31,169 nucleotides of DNA from Chloroflexota bacterium (GTDB lineage: Bacteria > Chloroflexota > Anaerolineae > Promineifilales > UBA4811): the NCBI GenBank assembly GCA_039714055.1, contig JBDLKB010000001.1, positions 1-31,169 of the forward strand, given 5' to 3'. Below, one piece after another: positions 1 to 7,880 of the stretch. Positions within the stretch are counted from its first letter, which is position 1. Each line of letters starts with the position of its first letter. The notes beneath the pieces were generated by a model. That model did not search any database and was not told the DNA's origin. It worked only from the letters and a program-made list of their open reading frames with translations. Both the position numbers and the translations under genes were made by a program.

Positions 1-3000
1 CGAAATTCCGCCCGGGGATTGGATTCATTTTTCTCGACTGCGATCACTACCGATACATACACATTGGGGGCATAATCACTCGTAACCGGAATATGCAGCA
101 CATGGGTATTGCCTTCCATCTGGATCAATTCATAGCTCTTGATGTCCGCTCGTTCGATGGTAACCAATGCCGTCTGCGGCCCTTCAAATGGTGAAGGGAT
201 CAGAATCTCTGCAATTTCTCCCGGAACGTAACTATCCTTGTTGCTGATTAGGTTGACGCGGTTGTTATCCTCAATTCTCCAGCGCACCTTGCCTGGACCC
301 ATGGCCCAGAAGAAGGTGCTGCTGCGGATCGAACGCGAACTATCATCCACGCTTATGGCTTTCACCCGGTATGACCCAGCATCGGGAGCAGTCACCTGCA
401 CTGATGCTTCACCAAGATCATCGGTAACAGCCGACTTTCTCTCGATGAAAATCTCTTTCTGCTCCCAGGTCCAGCGGCCAAACCCTTGCTCATCACGCAC
501 GTATACTGACTCGCCTTCGATGCGATATAGTTCAACGGTGATTTCCCGTCCTTCAAGGCGACCATCATTAACCAACTGCTGTCCCGCCTTGGGCCACTCC
601 ACGGTGATGAGATCGATCTGGATTGGCTCGCCTGCCTGAGCGATTCGCTCAGAGGCCGCAACACCGACATAGTAATCACCTTTGTGAACCACCATCTGGC
701 TGCGACCCGATATTACGCTTCCATCAGGACCATAAACCATGACCTCGAAAGTCACAATTAGACTTCCGTCCTTTTCAACTGCTTCCGCAATCTCATCCAG
801 GGGGCTATCGAGAAGGAACATCCCTTGTGCATCGGTCCTTCCTTTGCCCCCAGCTATGGTGGTCTTCTCTGCCTGAGGCTCTCCCCACCACGATCTATAC
901 ATAATCCAGGGGTCATCGACTTCATCATAGCTGTAATTTCCTGGACCATCGAAAGAATAGGGCGAAGCTATCAGAGCCCATTCCAGTTCGGCGTCGCTCA
1001 CAGGGCTGCCAAAGAAGGTCTGGACCTGGGTAGCCCATTTGCTCGACTCACCTACGGTAATCTCATCCATGGATGGGGTCACTTTGACCTCAAACTCTGG
1101 TGGTCGGTATGCCGCAACCATAAAGGTACTCATCCCGTAGCTCTTGTAACGATCTTTGGATATTTCAATCATGTATCGCCCTAGAGGAGCGTCCTCCGCA
1201 AGGATCAACTCACCACTAAAGGCGTCATTGTCATTGAGCGTCACTAACTCATTGAATACATCATTGTATTCCGGGTCCTTTATCGTCACTTGTATCTGTC
1301 TCTGCTTGAGAGGATGATACCGGGCATCATCCTCCATCTTAACCAGCCCGCGGTAGTAAACAGTTTGATCTGGGCGGTATATAGGCCTGTCGGTATAAAT
1401 ATGCGCCCTCTCGACCATCGAGTAATCACCCGATGCAAAGCCAAAATCCCAGGGAGATAAACCTTGATCCCACCACTGAGAGGCCATGGAGAAGCGGTCA
1501 CCATCCTCATCAGACAATACCCATAGTTCACTCTTGTATCTTGGTACAGACTCTAGCAAAGCGACGCCGTCCTGATCAGTGAATAAAGTTTGCCGCTCCA
1601 CCCCGCTAGTAATAAGCTTTAACTCCAGTCCAGATACGGGCTGCCCTGACTGAAGGTCAGTTGCCCAGACCAAGAGCTGATCTTCCGTCCACTTGAGAGT
1701 GAGATTGGTCTTGGTCACCACCAACAAGTGATGATTATAACCCCAGTAGTAATTGATATTGTTGATCTCTGGAGAATAGGATGACAGGAAATACAAGCCT
1801 GGCTCCAAGGCTCCCCCATCTTCCAGCAAGTTTATGTTGACTATCTCAGTGGAATTGGGCACCCTCTCGACCGGCATACTCCACTCGCGTATCAGCGAAC
1901 CGACAGCCGGAGTGTATCTTTCCCATTCAGCCTCTACCTTGAAATACTCATCCGCAGTCAGCCGATATAGCTTGAAATCGATCCCAGATATATTACGATA
2001 CACCACCTGCAGCCTGGCAGGCTCGTAGGCATCGTATGTATTCACCAAACCGGAGGTGATCAATCTCAATTCAGGATCATAATCTCTGGTGGTGAATGTG
2101 ACATCCAGTGCATCAGGCGTCTCGTTTCCGTAAGCATCCTTGATACCGGGTTCGATTTTCACCTGATATTCTGTAGCGGGGAGAAAGTCAAAGTGTATCC
2201 AGAAACTATCGTCCCAGCGGCTGAACCAGGTGGATACTTCCGTGGCGGTAATGGCAGGAGTGATGCTGACATGCTCCATTACGGTAGATGGAACAATATC
2301 AGTGTTGAACTGAATTTTGAATCCACGATGCTGCGGATGTACTCTGGTCTCACCATCCCTGGGGTCAGTAGACAATATCCGCGGCAGAGGTACGGTATTG
2401 AAATGCCAGGAATACTCTTCTTCCATGCCTGCGCCGCCTGAAGATGAAGTCAATCCCGGCTCAATCTTCACAGTGTACATTTCATCGAATGCAAGATCGC
2501 CTTCCGGCTCAAATGCAACTTGGGCGCCATCTGTAGTTATCCTGCCCGGCACCTGGGTGCCGCTGCTATCAGTAACTCTGATCTTCTCCCGAGCAGAGTT
2601 GAGATCCACCGGCTGGTTAAAAGTAATCGAGATTGGATCGGCGATTGGAACCTGCTGTGCATTCACAGACGGTACATGCCAGGTAACAACGGGAGGACTA
2701 GTGGTAAAACTCCAGGAATGATCCTCGGGGAGAATCCCTCCGGTGAGATCCTTGAATCCTGCAGGTACACTAGCAGTTATGCGCGTGCCCCCAGGGAAAT
2801 TCCCGTCGGGGACGAACTCATAGATGGAGGTGTTGATCCACTCGCCCTTGCCTTTGATGGATGGATCCAGGGTCAACGGATGAGGAAAGTTTGCCTGGTC
2901 GTTCAAAGTTGCCAAAGGAACCACCGGTCGGTTAAAAATCACAATTATGTGACTGTCAGGTTCCACGCCGCTTGATCCTTCTGGGGGAGACACTTGAGCT

Positions 3001-3455
3001 ACCTGGAGAAAACCGACAGTGTTAAAGTCAAAGCTGTAATCGCGAAGAGCGGCACCAGTTGCAGCAGTGGCGTCGCTTGTCAACGATACCTGGTATTGCC
3101 CAGCACGAGGTAGGCTTTTATCAGGGATGAACTTTAATTGCTGATCGTCACTCCATTGAAATGAACCGGCTACCTTTGGCTCAATAGAGAAGGAGGATTC
3201 AACTGCTCTTCTATCCATTGGCTGATTGAACACCAGTACAATACTGGCATCGGTGGCTAGCTCTGCACCGGGCTCCGGGGACCTGTCAATGACCATAGCG
3301 GGGGCAATGACATCTTGGACCCACGAGGTGGGTGTTGGGATAGAAGTTTCAGTAGTTGGTTCGGGTGTGGCTGGAGTGGGAGTTTCCTTCGCCTTGCAAC
3401 CAACCAGCAACAATGTAACCAGAACAACGATCAAGAACAATCGATATTTCAACAT
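1..3455 (-). CDS. Bacterial alpha-2-macroglobulin family lipoprotein with four N-terminal Ig-like (Big_5-type) domains; 3'-truncated by the window edge (>1151 aa)
   Basis: Translated by hand; absent from the ORF track because it has no stop in the window. ATG at 3455 follows GGGAGG. The N-terminus MLKYRLFLIVVLVTLLLVGC is a signal peptide with lipobox, followed by a TPTPATPEPT linker and four ~100-aa repeats of the type 'V..SP..G....D..I.V.FNQP...F.T'. The MG2 motif IYTDRPIYRPDQTVYYRG (~1400-1347) and PNVYVSVV (~68-45) are in the same frame, and the track lists no ORF terminating in this frame. Confidence 0.93.
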   Translation of the reverse strand, partial: MLKYRLFLIVVLVTLLLVGCKAKETPTPATPEPTTETSIPTPTSWVQDVIAPAMVIDRSPEPGAELATDASIVLVFNQPMDRRAVESSFSIEPKVAGSFQWSDDQQLKFIPDKSLPRAGQYQVSLTSDATAATGAALRDYSFDFNTVGFLQVAQVSPPEGSSGVEPDSHIIVIFNRPVVPLATLNDQANFPHPLTLDPSIKGKGEWINTSIYEFVPDGNFPGGTRITASVPAGFKDLTGGILPEDHSWSFTTSPPVVTWHVPSVNAQQVPIADPISITFNQPVDLNSAREKIRVTDSSGTQVPGRITTDGAQVAFEPEGDLAFDEMYTVKIEPGLTSSSGGAGMEEEYSWHFNTVPLPRILSTDPRDGETRVHPQHRGFKIQFNTDIVPSTVMEHVSITPAITATEVSTWFSRWDDSFWIHFDFLPATEYQVKIEPGIKDAYGNETPDALDVTFTTRDYDPELRLITSGLVNTYDAYEPARLQVVYRNISGIDFKLYRLTADEYFKVEAEWERYTPAVGSLIREWSMPVERVPNSTEIVNINLLEDGGALEPGLYFLSSYSPEINNINYYWGYNHHLLVVTKTNLTLKWTEDQLLVWATDLQSGQPVSGLELKLITSGVERQTLFTDQDGVALLESVPRYKSELWVLSDEDGDRFSMASQWWDQGLSPWDFGFASGDYSMVERAHIYTDRPIYRPDQTVYYRGLVKMEDDARYHPLKQRQIQVTIKDPEYNDVFNELVTLNDNDAFSGELILAEDAPLGRYMIEISKDRYKSYGMSTFMVAAYRPPEFEVKVTPSMDEITVGESSKWATQVQTFFGSPVSDAELEWALIASPYSFDGPGNYSYDEVDDPWIMYRSWWGEPQAEKTTIAGGKGRTDAQGMFLLDSPLDEIAEAVEKDGSLIVTFEVMVYGPDGSVISGRSQMVVHKGDYYVGVAASERIAQAGEPIQIDLITVEWPKAGQQLVNDGRLEGREITVELYRIEGESVYVRDEQGFGRWTWEQKEIFIERKSAVTDDLGEASVQVTAPDAGSYRVKAISVDDSSRSIRSSTFFWAMGPGKVRWRIEDNNRVNLISNKDSYVPGEIAEILIPSPFEGPQTALVTIERADIKSYELIQMEGNTHVLHIPVTSDYAPNVYVSVVIAVEKNESNPRAEF

Positions 3456-3625
3456 AATACCGCCTCCCTGAATAAGCATGCGACAGCAATCATCTGAGCT
3501 GCAAGAGCCAGCTCGTATATTATGACGATGTATCAGGAAAATAGGTTCCGCAGTTCACAGTGAATCTATGTTATATGATACACTGACCATGCGGCGCTTG
3601 CGATTCCTCACCTATTTGTTAAACT

Positions 3626-3636
3626 TGTGCCATAAT
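3626..3636 (+). promoter_or_regulatory. Extended -10 promoter element (TGTG-C-CATAAT) just upstream of the candidate small RNA
   Basis: Sequence TGTGCCATAAT fits TRTGnTAnnnT except for the first hexamer base. The expected start site (~3642-3643) falls at the base of the predicted closing helix. Confidence 0.55.
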
Positions 3637-3639
3637 CAA

Positions 3640-3726
3640 GGGGCGCTATAAAGGGTCCCCCCACCCAAGTCCTTTGGTTTTCCTCGGGGGCGTCCGGGTT
3701 CCCCCCGCCTTGGCGCTCCCTTTTTT
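3640..3726 (+). ncRNA. Candidate structured small RNA (~85 nt; three-way junction, ends in U6); family not recognised
   Basis: GC-rich island in an AT-richer intergenic region. A 9-bp closing helix (3640-3648/3711-3719, two G-U pairs), hairpin P2 (3650-3656/3669-3675) and hairpin P3 (3685-3690/3702-3707) are followed by TTTTTT at 3721-3726. There is an upstream extended -10 and no + strand ORF start. Confidence 0.55.
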
Positions 3727-5189
3727 CATCTAGTTCGCGGCTCCCAATCCAGGTAATTATCCAAAGGATTGTCAGCAGATGTATTTAACGCTGTGATCAT
3801 ATCAATCACGGGCTGCCTCCAGTCGATCGCTGTTTGATAAGGGTTCGGATCCTGTCTCCAAAATAGAAAACCGCTTCCTCCTGAATACATAAAATCAGTC
3901 ACCAACACATGATAGGAAGCTCCGGGGTCAATCTTTTCGCCATTCGCCAAGTTGTATCCTTTGGTCGAGGTCATCCCTGCCATTACCGGATCACAGCATA
4001 GAATATTCTCCACCACTTGTGCTCCAACAATCTCGACATCCACCAGAACATTGGAAAACGGCAGAATACCAATTATGGATTTCAAGGTTATCTCACCTGG
4101 GAGTAAACCCTGACGAAAACCGCCACGATTGGTAAAGGCGATATCCGCGTTGGGATAAGCCTCAAGCCAGGCATCAGTGACCAGATTCTGAAGCGCAACC
4201 GAGTCCTTACCCAGAGGAGATTCGATGTAACCAATGACGTGATCCAACTCTTGGCTTGTTTCTGCATCCCAACGTTCGACGACCTGTTCTACTTGTTCGT
4301 CTCTCTGTCCCCCTTTGTTAGGAACAATCTCGATGCTAGAACTGGCAACGGTTTCTGTCTCTGTATCCCATTCAATGTCAACCCGAGCATAGTTATCCAT
4401 ATAGGCACCGCTTTCAACCAATGCCACATTGCTGACCGTTTCACTAATGGTTTCGTGACAATGTCCCCCACCAATCATGGCAATGCCCAGGTCCTCAGCT
4501 CTTGGTGCCAGCGCGCGCATTTCATCGCCGCACAAATGACCAATTACAATCAACATCTCTGCGCCATCTTGTTTGGCTTGCGGGACGATCATCTCAAGCG
4601 CATCAGCGTAAGGCACAAATAGGTAATCTTTGACATGCGCCGGCATGGTCGTTCTCGGTGTGCTCACAGATGATAGACCAATTATGCCCACCTGTACTCC
4701 GCTGACTTCTTGCACTATGTATGGAATGGCAATATCTGCAGTTTCTTCAGTAGCAAGATCCAGCATATTGGCAGCAAGAAAAGGGAATTCCGCTTGTGCG
4801 ATACGTTGGCGCAGCACATCGACACCAAAGTCGAATTCATGGTTACCCAAGGCTACCGCGTCGTATCCCATTTCATTCATTACATCTACCATCGCCTCGC
4901 CATCAGACCAGGTGGAGATGGCAGGCCCAGTCCAGGTATCACCACCACTTAGCACAAGATAGTTGCTATCTGGAACATACCCCTCGTTCTCCTTCCAAAG
5001 CGCAAACATACCTGCGGCACCGGCTTTCTCAGCAACCGGCTCAATCCAGCCGTGCTCGTCGTTGGTGTACAGGATCACTATATCCGTCGTCTCAGACACA
5101 ACTGGTTCAGTGGGAACCTCCTCCACCGGAGCGCTGGTGCAAGCCGCAGATAGAACAGCCAGCATCAATATCAGGATTGACTTTTTCAA
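3726..5189 (-). CDS. 5'-nucleotidase / metallophosphatase family lipoprotein (UshA-like, with C-terminal 5'-nucleotidase domain)
   Basis: Metallophosphoesterase motifs TNDEHG, GGDTWTG, GNHEFD and GGHCH; C-terminal domain with NRGGFR and LPFSN. Start moved to TTG 5189, which follows GGAGG and gives MKKSILILMLAVLSAAC (lipobox); the ORF track start at 5264 overlaps the upstream gene. Confidence 0.92.
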   Translation of the reverse strand: MKKSILILMLAVLSAACTSAPVEEVPTEPVVSETTDIVILYTNDEHGWIEPVAEKAGAAGMFALWKENEGYVPDSNYLVLSGGDTWTGPAISTWSDGEAMVDVMNEMGYDAVALGNHEFDFGVDVLRQRIAQAEFPFLAANMLDLATEETADIAIPYIVQEVSGVQVGIIGLSSVSTPRTTMPAHVKDYLFVPYADALEMIVPQAKQDGAEMLIVIGHLCGDEMRALAPRAEDLGIAMIGGGHCHETISETVSNVALVESGAYMDNYARVDIEWDTETETVASSSIEIVPNKGGQRDEQVEQVVERWDAETSQELDHVIGYIESPLGKDSVALQNLVTDAWLEAYPNADIAFTNRGGFRQGLLPGEITLKSIIGILPFSNVLVDVEIVGAQVVENILCCDPVMAGMTSTKGYNLANGEKIDPGASYHVLVTDFMYSGGSGFLFWRQDPNPYQTAIDWRQPVIDMITALNTSADNPLDNYLDWEPRTR

Positions 5190-5208
5190 ACTGCCCTCCA
5201 TATGATTT

Positions 5209-5706
5209 CTAATGATCATGCTCATTCGCATCCGACGAACGACTGACTGGAGTAATGGTAGCATCAGTTGCTGAAATCAGAACCCTAGTTTCGATTCGTA
5301 TCAAGGCATTTGAGCTGCCGCCACCAGCGTAAACCACATCTTGTTCTAGTACTTTGGGATCGATCCATGTGGTCAATTTAGAAATGTGAGCAAATGGCGG
5401 CACACCTCCAACGCTGTATCCGGTTATATTCTCTACATGCTCCGCGGTTGCTAGTTTCACTCTCTTTCGCCCCACCTGGAAACGCTCTGCGATCAGCCTC
5501 CTGTCAATGGTTGACTTTCCATTGGTAATCACCAGAAGGTTTTGTTGGTCAATTGTAAAGAGAACGGACTTGATTATTTGCTCAGTAGATACTCCCACAG
5601 CACTCGCGGCAGCAGCTACGGTTGGTGTAGGCGCTGCGGGATACACCAAGGTTGCTGATATCTGGTTCTCATCAAGCCAACGAGTCACATCTTGGTCGTT
5701 CAACAT
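5209..5706 (-). CDS. YbaK/EbsC family aminoacyl-tRNA deacylase (trans-editing domain)
   Basis: Motifs IIKSVLF and TGYSVGGVPPF plus the terminal 'VYAGGGS' are typical of the YbaK/ProX fold. Start set to ATG 5706 because the longer ORF overlaps the divergent gene. Confidence 0.88.
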   Translation of the reverse strand: MLNDQDVTRWLDENQISATLVYPAAPTPTVAAAASAVGVSTEQIIKSVLFTIDQQNLLVITNGKSTIDRRLIAERFQVGRKRVKLATAEHVENITGYSVGGVPPFAHISKLTTWIDPKVLEQDVVYAGGGSSNALIRIETRVLISATDATITPVSRSSDANEHDH

Positions 5707-5713
5707 GAATTTT

Positions 5714-5719
5714 ATTATA
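5714..5719 (-). promoter_or_regulatory. Perfect -10 hexamer (TATAAT) 7 nt upstream of the ybaK-like ATG; probable leaderless promoter
   Basis: Minus strand reads TATAAT-AAAATTC-ATG. No Shine-Dalgarno and no clear -35. Confidence 0.55.
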
Positions 5720-5720
5720 C

Positions 5721-5747
5721 TCGACAGTGCACAGGTCAGGGTATAAT
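5721..5747 (+). promoter_or_regulatory. Probable sigma70-type promoter for the acyl-CoA synthetase
   Basis: TATAAT at 5742-5747. TCGACA at 5721-5726 gives only a 15-nt spacer, so the -35 is doubtful. SD-like GGGAG precedes ATG 5782. Confidence 0.45.
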
Positions 5748-5781
5748 CTATTATGCCGGTTAGCCAAACAGGGAGCGAACC

Positions 5782-7872
5782 ATGCACAATATCTTCTATC
5801 CAAAGAGTATTGCAATAATTGGAGTATCATCCAAACCAACCAACCTGGGGCGCAATATCGTTGCCAATCTGATTGAATTCGGATTCGATGGCATCGTTTA
5901 CGCTGTTGGTCCCTCCGGTGGAACGATTGAGACTCGGCGTATCTACCGGTCTGTCACCGACATACCTGATCATGTTGACCTGGCAGTGATTCTTACACCC
6001 GCCAAGATTGTTCCCGGTCTGTTGGAGGAATGCGGGGAAAAGGGAATAAAGCGAGTGGTGGTAGAGACTGCCGGCTTTCGTGAATATGGCGAAGCGGGCA
6101 AGGAACTAGAACAACAGATGACTCGAAATGCAGCCAAGTACGACATGCGCTTTGTCGGTCCCAACTGCATTGGAGTGATGAATATGGAAAACGGTCTATG
6201 CGTGCCGTTCCCCCGACTGAAGCGCTTTGTCAAACGCGGCGATGTTTCAATCGTCTCCCAAAGTGGTGGCGTTGCCATGAGCGCGCTAAACCTCATGGCG
6301 AACGAAGGAATAGGCCTGAACAAGTTCATTTCTGTGGGCAATATGCTCAATATCGATGCGGAAGATGTGATCGAGTACTTGATAGAGGATGAAGGTACGC
6401 GCCAGATCTTTCTTTACCTGGAAAGCATGCGGAACGGGCGAAGACTGATGGAGATAGCAAAGCGTTCGCCCAAGCCCATACTGGCGTTCAAAGCCAATAT
6501 CGGTCACTTGAGCCAATCCATCGCCTCTTCTCATACGGCTTCGCTTTCTAGCGACGACAGTGTGGTGGACGCAGCATTTAAACAATCCGACATCATCCGG
6601 GTTCACGATGCCACCAGTTTGGCAAACAATCTCAAGGTGCTCAAGCTGCCCCCTATGAAAGGACGTCGCCTAGCGATCATCTCCCGTTCAGGCGGTCACG
6701 CGGTGATCGCCGCTGACGCATGCGAGCTTGTTGGATTTGATTTAGCCGACTTTCCTGAGCCTTTCCTCCGTGAGGTTGAGAAGCATTTCCGCGCATCGGT
6801 GATACGTCTGACCAACCCTTTGGACCTTGGTGACCTATTCGACCTCAATGTATATGCCCAGATAGTAGAGCGAACACTGAAAGTGGAAAACGTTGATGGC
6901 ATAGTGTTCCTCCACACTTCTTTTGCAGAGATAGAAGGAGACGCTACAAGGCAGCTTCTTGAGCGGTTGATGCAACTGGGAAGCCAATACGCCAAGCCGG
7001 TGGCTTTTTACCTCTCATCCTCAGCCCAAGAGGTAAATCTCTTGAAGCAGGAGTATGACTTCCCAATATTCACTCAAGTTGTAGAGACGATTCGCGCGCT
7101 TGAGATGAGCTATGACCACCATTGCTTTCACGAACGAGTTGCTCAGACTGATCAAGTTGTGGATCTTGAGGTGGGAAAAGTTGAAGCCAGCGAAATCGTT
7201 GCTTCAGCAGCAGCCCAGAAGCGCGACTTGTTGCTTTCAGAAGCAGTCTCACTGTTGGATCATTACGGAATTCCTACTGTGCCTGACCGCATAGCAGAGT
7301 CATCCGATCAAGCGGTGGAAATGGCTGAGGAGCTTGGCTATCCTGTTGTCATCAAGGTCATTGCTGATCAACTATCTCACAAATCAGATGTCGGTGGGGT
7401 GCAACTGAACCTACGCAATGGATCGGCTGTGGCACAAGCATATGATGAGATGATGTCACGATTGGCAGCACAGTATCCTGACGTACCAATCGATGGCGTG
7501 CTAGTACAGCCAATGATCAGTGGCGGTCGCGAGCTTATCGTAGGTGGACGGCAAGATGAGAGTTTTGGCCCCATCGTTCTGGTGGGAATGGGTGGAATCT
7601 ATGTTGAGATCCTTGAGGAAGTAGCGATCCGCGTCGCTCCCATCACTCAACAGGATGCAGAGGAGATGATCAATGAACTCAAAGCAGCTCCGATTTTGAA
7701 AGGGGCGCGAGGACATCGCAAGTCTGACATCCAGGCAATTATAGATACTCTGCTCCGAATCTCGCAGCTCTTGGTTGACTTTCCACAGGTGCAAGAGATT
7801 GACATCAACCCTCTGGTGGCATTCCCAGAGGGAGAAGGATGCCTGGCACTGGACGCTCGGGTGCTGCTGTAA
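5782..7872 (+). CDS. ADP-forming acetate/acyl-CoA ligase (single-chain alpha-beta, CoA-binding + ATP-grasp)
   Basis: CoA-binding N-terminus (PKSIAIIGVS), GPNCIG, SQSGG, phospho-His motif SHT, NPLDL, and ATP-grasp motifs HKSDVGGV and EIDINPL. No GNAT domain. Confidence 0.92.
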   Translation: MHNIFYPKSIAIIGVSSKPTNLGRNIVANLIEFGFDGIVYAVGPSGGTIETRRIYRSVTDIPDHVDLAVILTPAKIVPGLLEECGEKGIKRVVVETAGFREYGEAGKELEQQMTRNAAKYDMRFVGPNCIGVMNMENGLCVPFPRLKRFVKRGDVSIVSQSGGVAMSALNLMANEGIGLNKFISVGNMLNIDAEDVIEYLIEDEGTRQIFLYLESMRNGRRLMEIAKRSPKPILAFKANIGHLSQSIASSHTASLSSDDSVVDAAFKQSDIIRVHDATSLANNLKVLKLPPMKGRRLAIISRSGGHAVIAADACELVGFDLADFPEPFLREVEKHFRASVIRLTNPLDLGDLFDLNVYAQIVERTLKVENVDGIVFLHTSFAEIEGDATRQLLERLMQLGSQYAKPVAFYLSSSAQEVNLLKQEYDFPIFTQVVETIRALEMSYDHHCFHERVAQTDQVVDLEVGKVEASEIVASAAAQKRDLLLSEAVSLLDHYGIPTVPDRIAESSDQAVEMAEELGYPVVIKVIADQLSHKSDVGGVQLNLRNGSAVAQAYDEMMSRLAAQYPDVPIDGVLVQPMISGGRELIVGGRQDESFGPIVLVGMGGIYVEILEEVAIRVAPITQQDAEEMINELKAAPILKGARGHRKSDIQAIIDTLLRISQLLVDFPQVQEIDINPLVAFPEGEGCLALDARVLL

Positions 7873-7880
7873 TAATGGAA

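Noticed and set aside
238-3497. ORF-track calls in the first 3.5 kb (238..639, 392..679, 825..1184, 1286..1531, 1834..2028, 2193..2441, 2317..2721, 2520..2975, 3226..3471, 3315..3497)
   Set aside because: All are antisense or off-frame shadows of the long alpha-2-macroglobulin frame and have no recognisable motifs.
3554-3564. Short inverted repeat TTCAC-A-GTGAA upstream of the A2M gene, and hairpin GAGCTG-N7-CAGCTC at 3496-3514
   Set aside because: Both are short enough to occur by chance, there is no second copy in the window, and I cannot assign a regulator.
3555-3590. Minus-strand 11-codon uORF (MVSVSYNIDSL) with an upstream AGGTGAGG
   Set aside because: The SD-like sequence is about 15 nt from the ATG, too far for efficient initiation, and nothing else supports it.
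3640-3726. Identification of the GC-rich element as tRNA, tRNA-Sec, SRP (4.5S), 6S, tmRNA, hammerhead, Y RNA or c-di-AMP riboswitch
   Set aside because: There is no T-loop GTTCRA or CCA end, no SRP CAGG..GGAA..AGCAG domain, no hammerhead CUGAUGA/GAAA core and no GCUAAC of the ydaO motif. It is also too short for 6S or tmRNA.
3640-3726. Element as merely the intrinsic terminator of the minus-strand 5'-nucleotidase gene
   Set aside because: The U-tract is on the + strand; on the minus strand only TTGATT follows the helix. The multi-stem fold and oriented promoter are not needed for termination. A secondary terminator role cannot be excluded.
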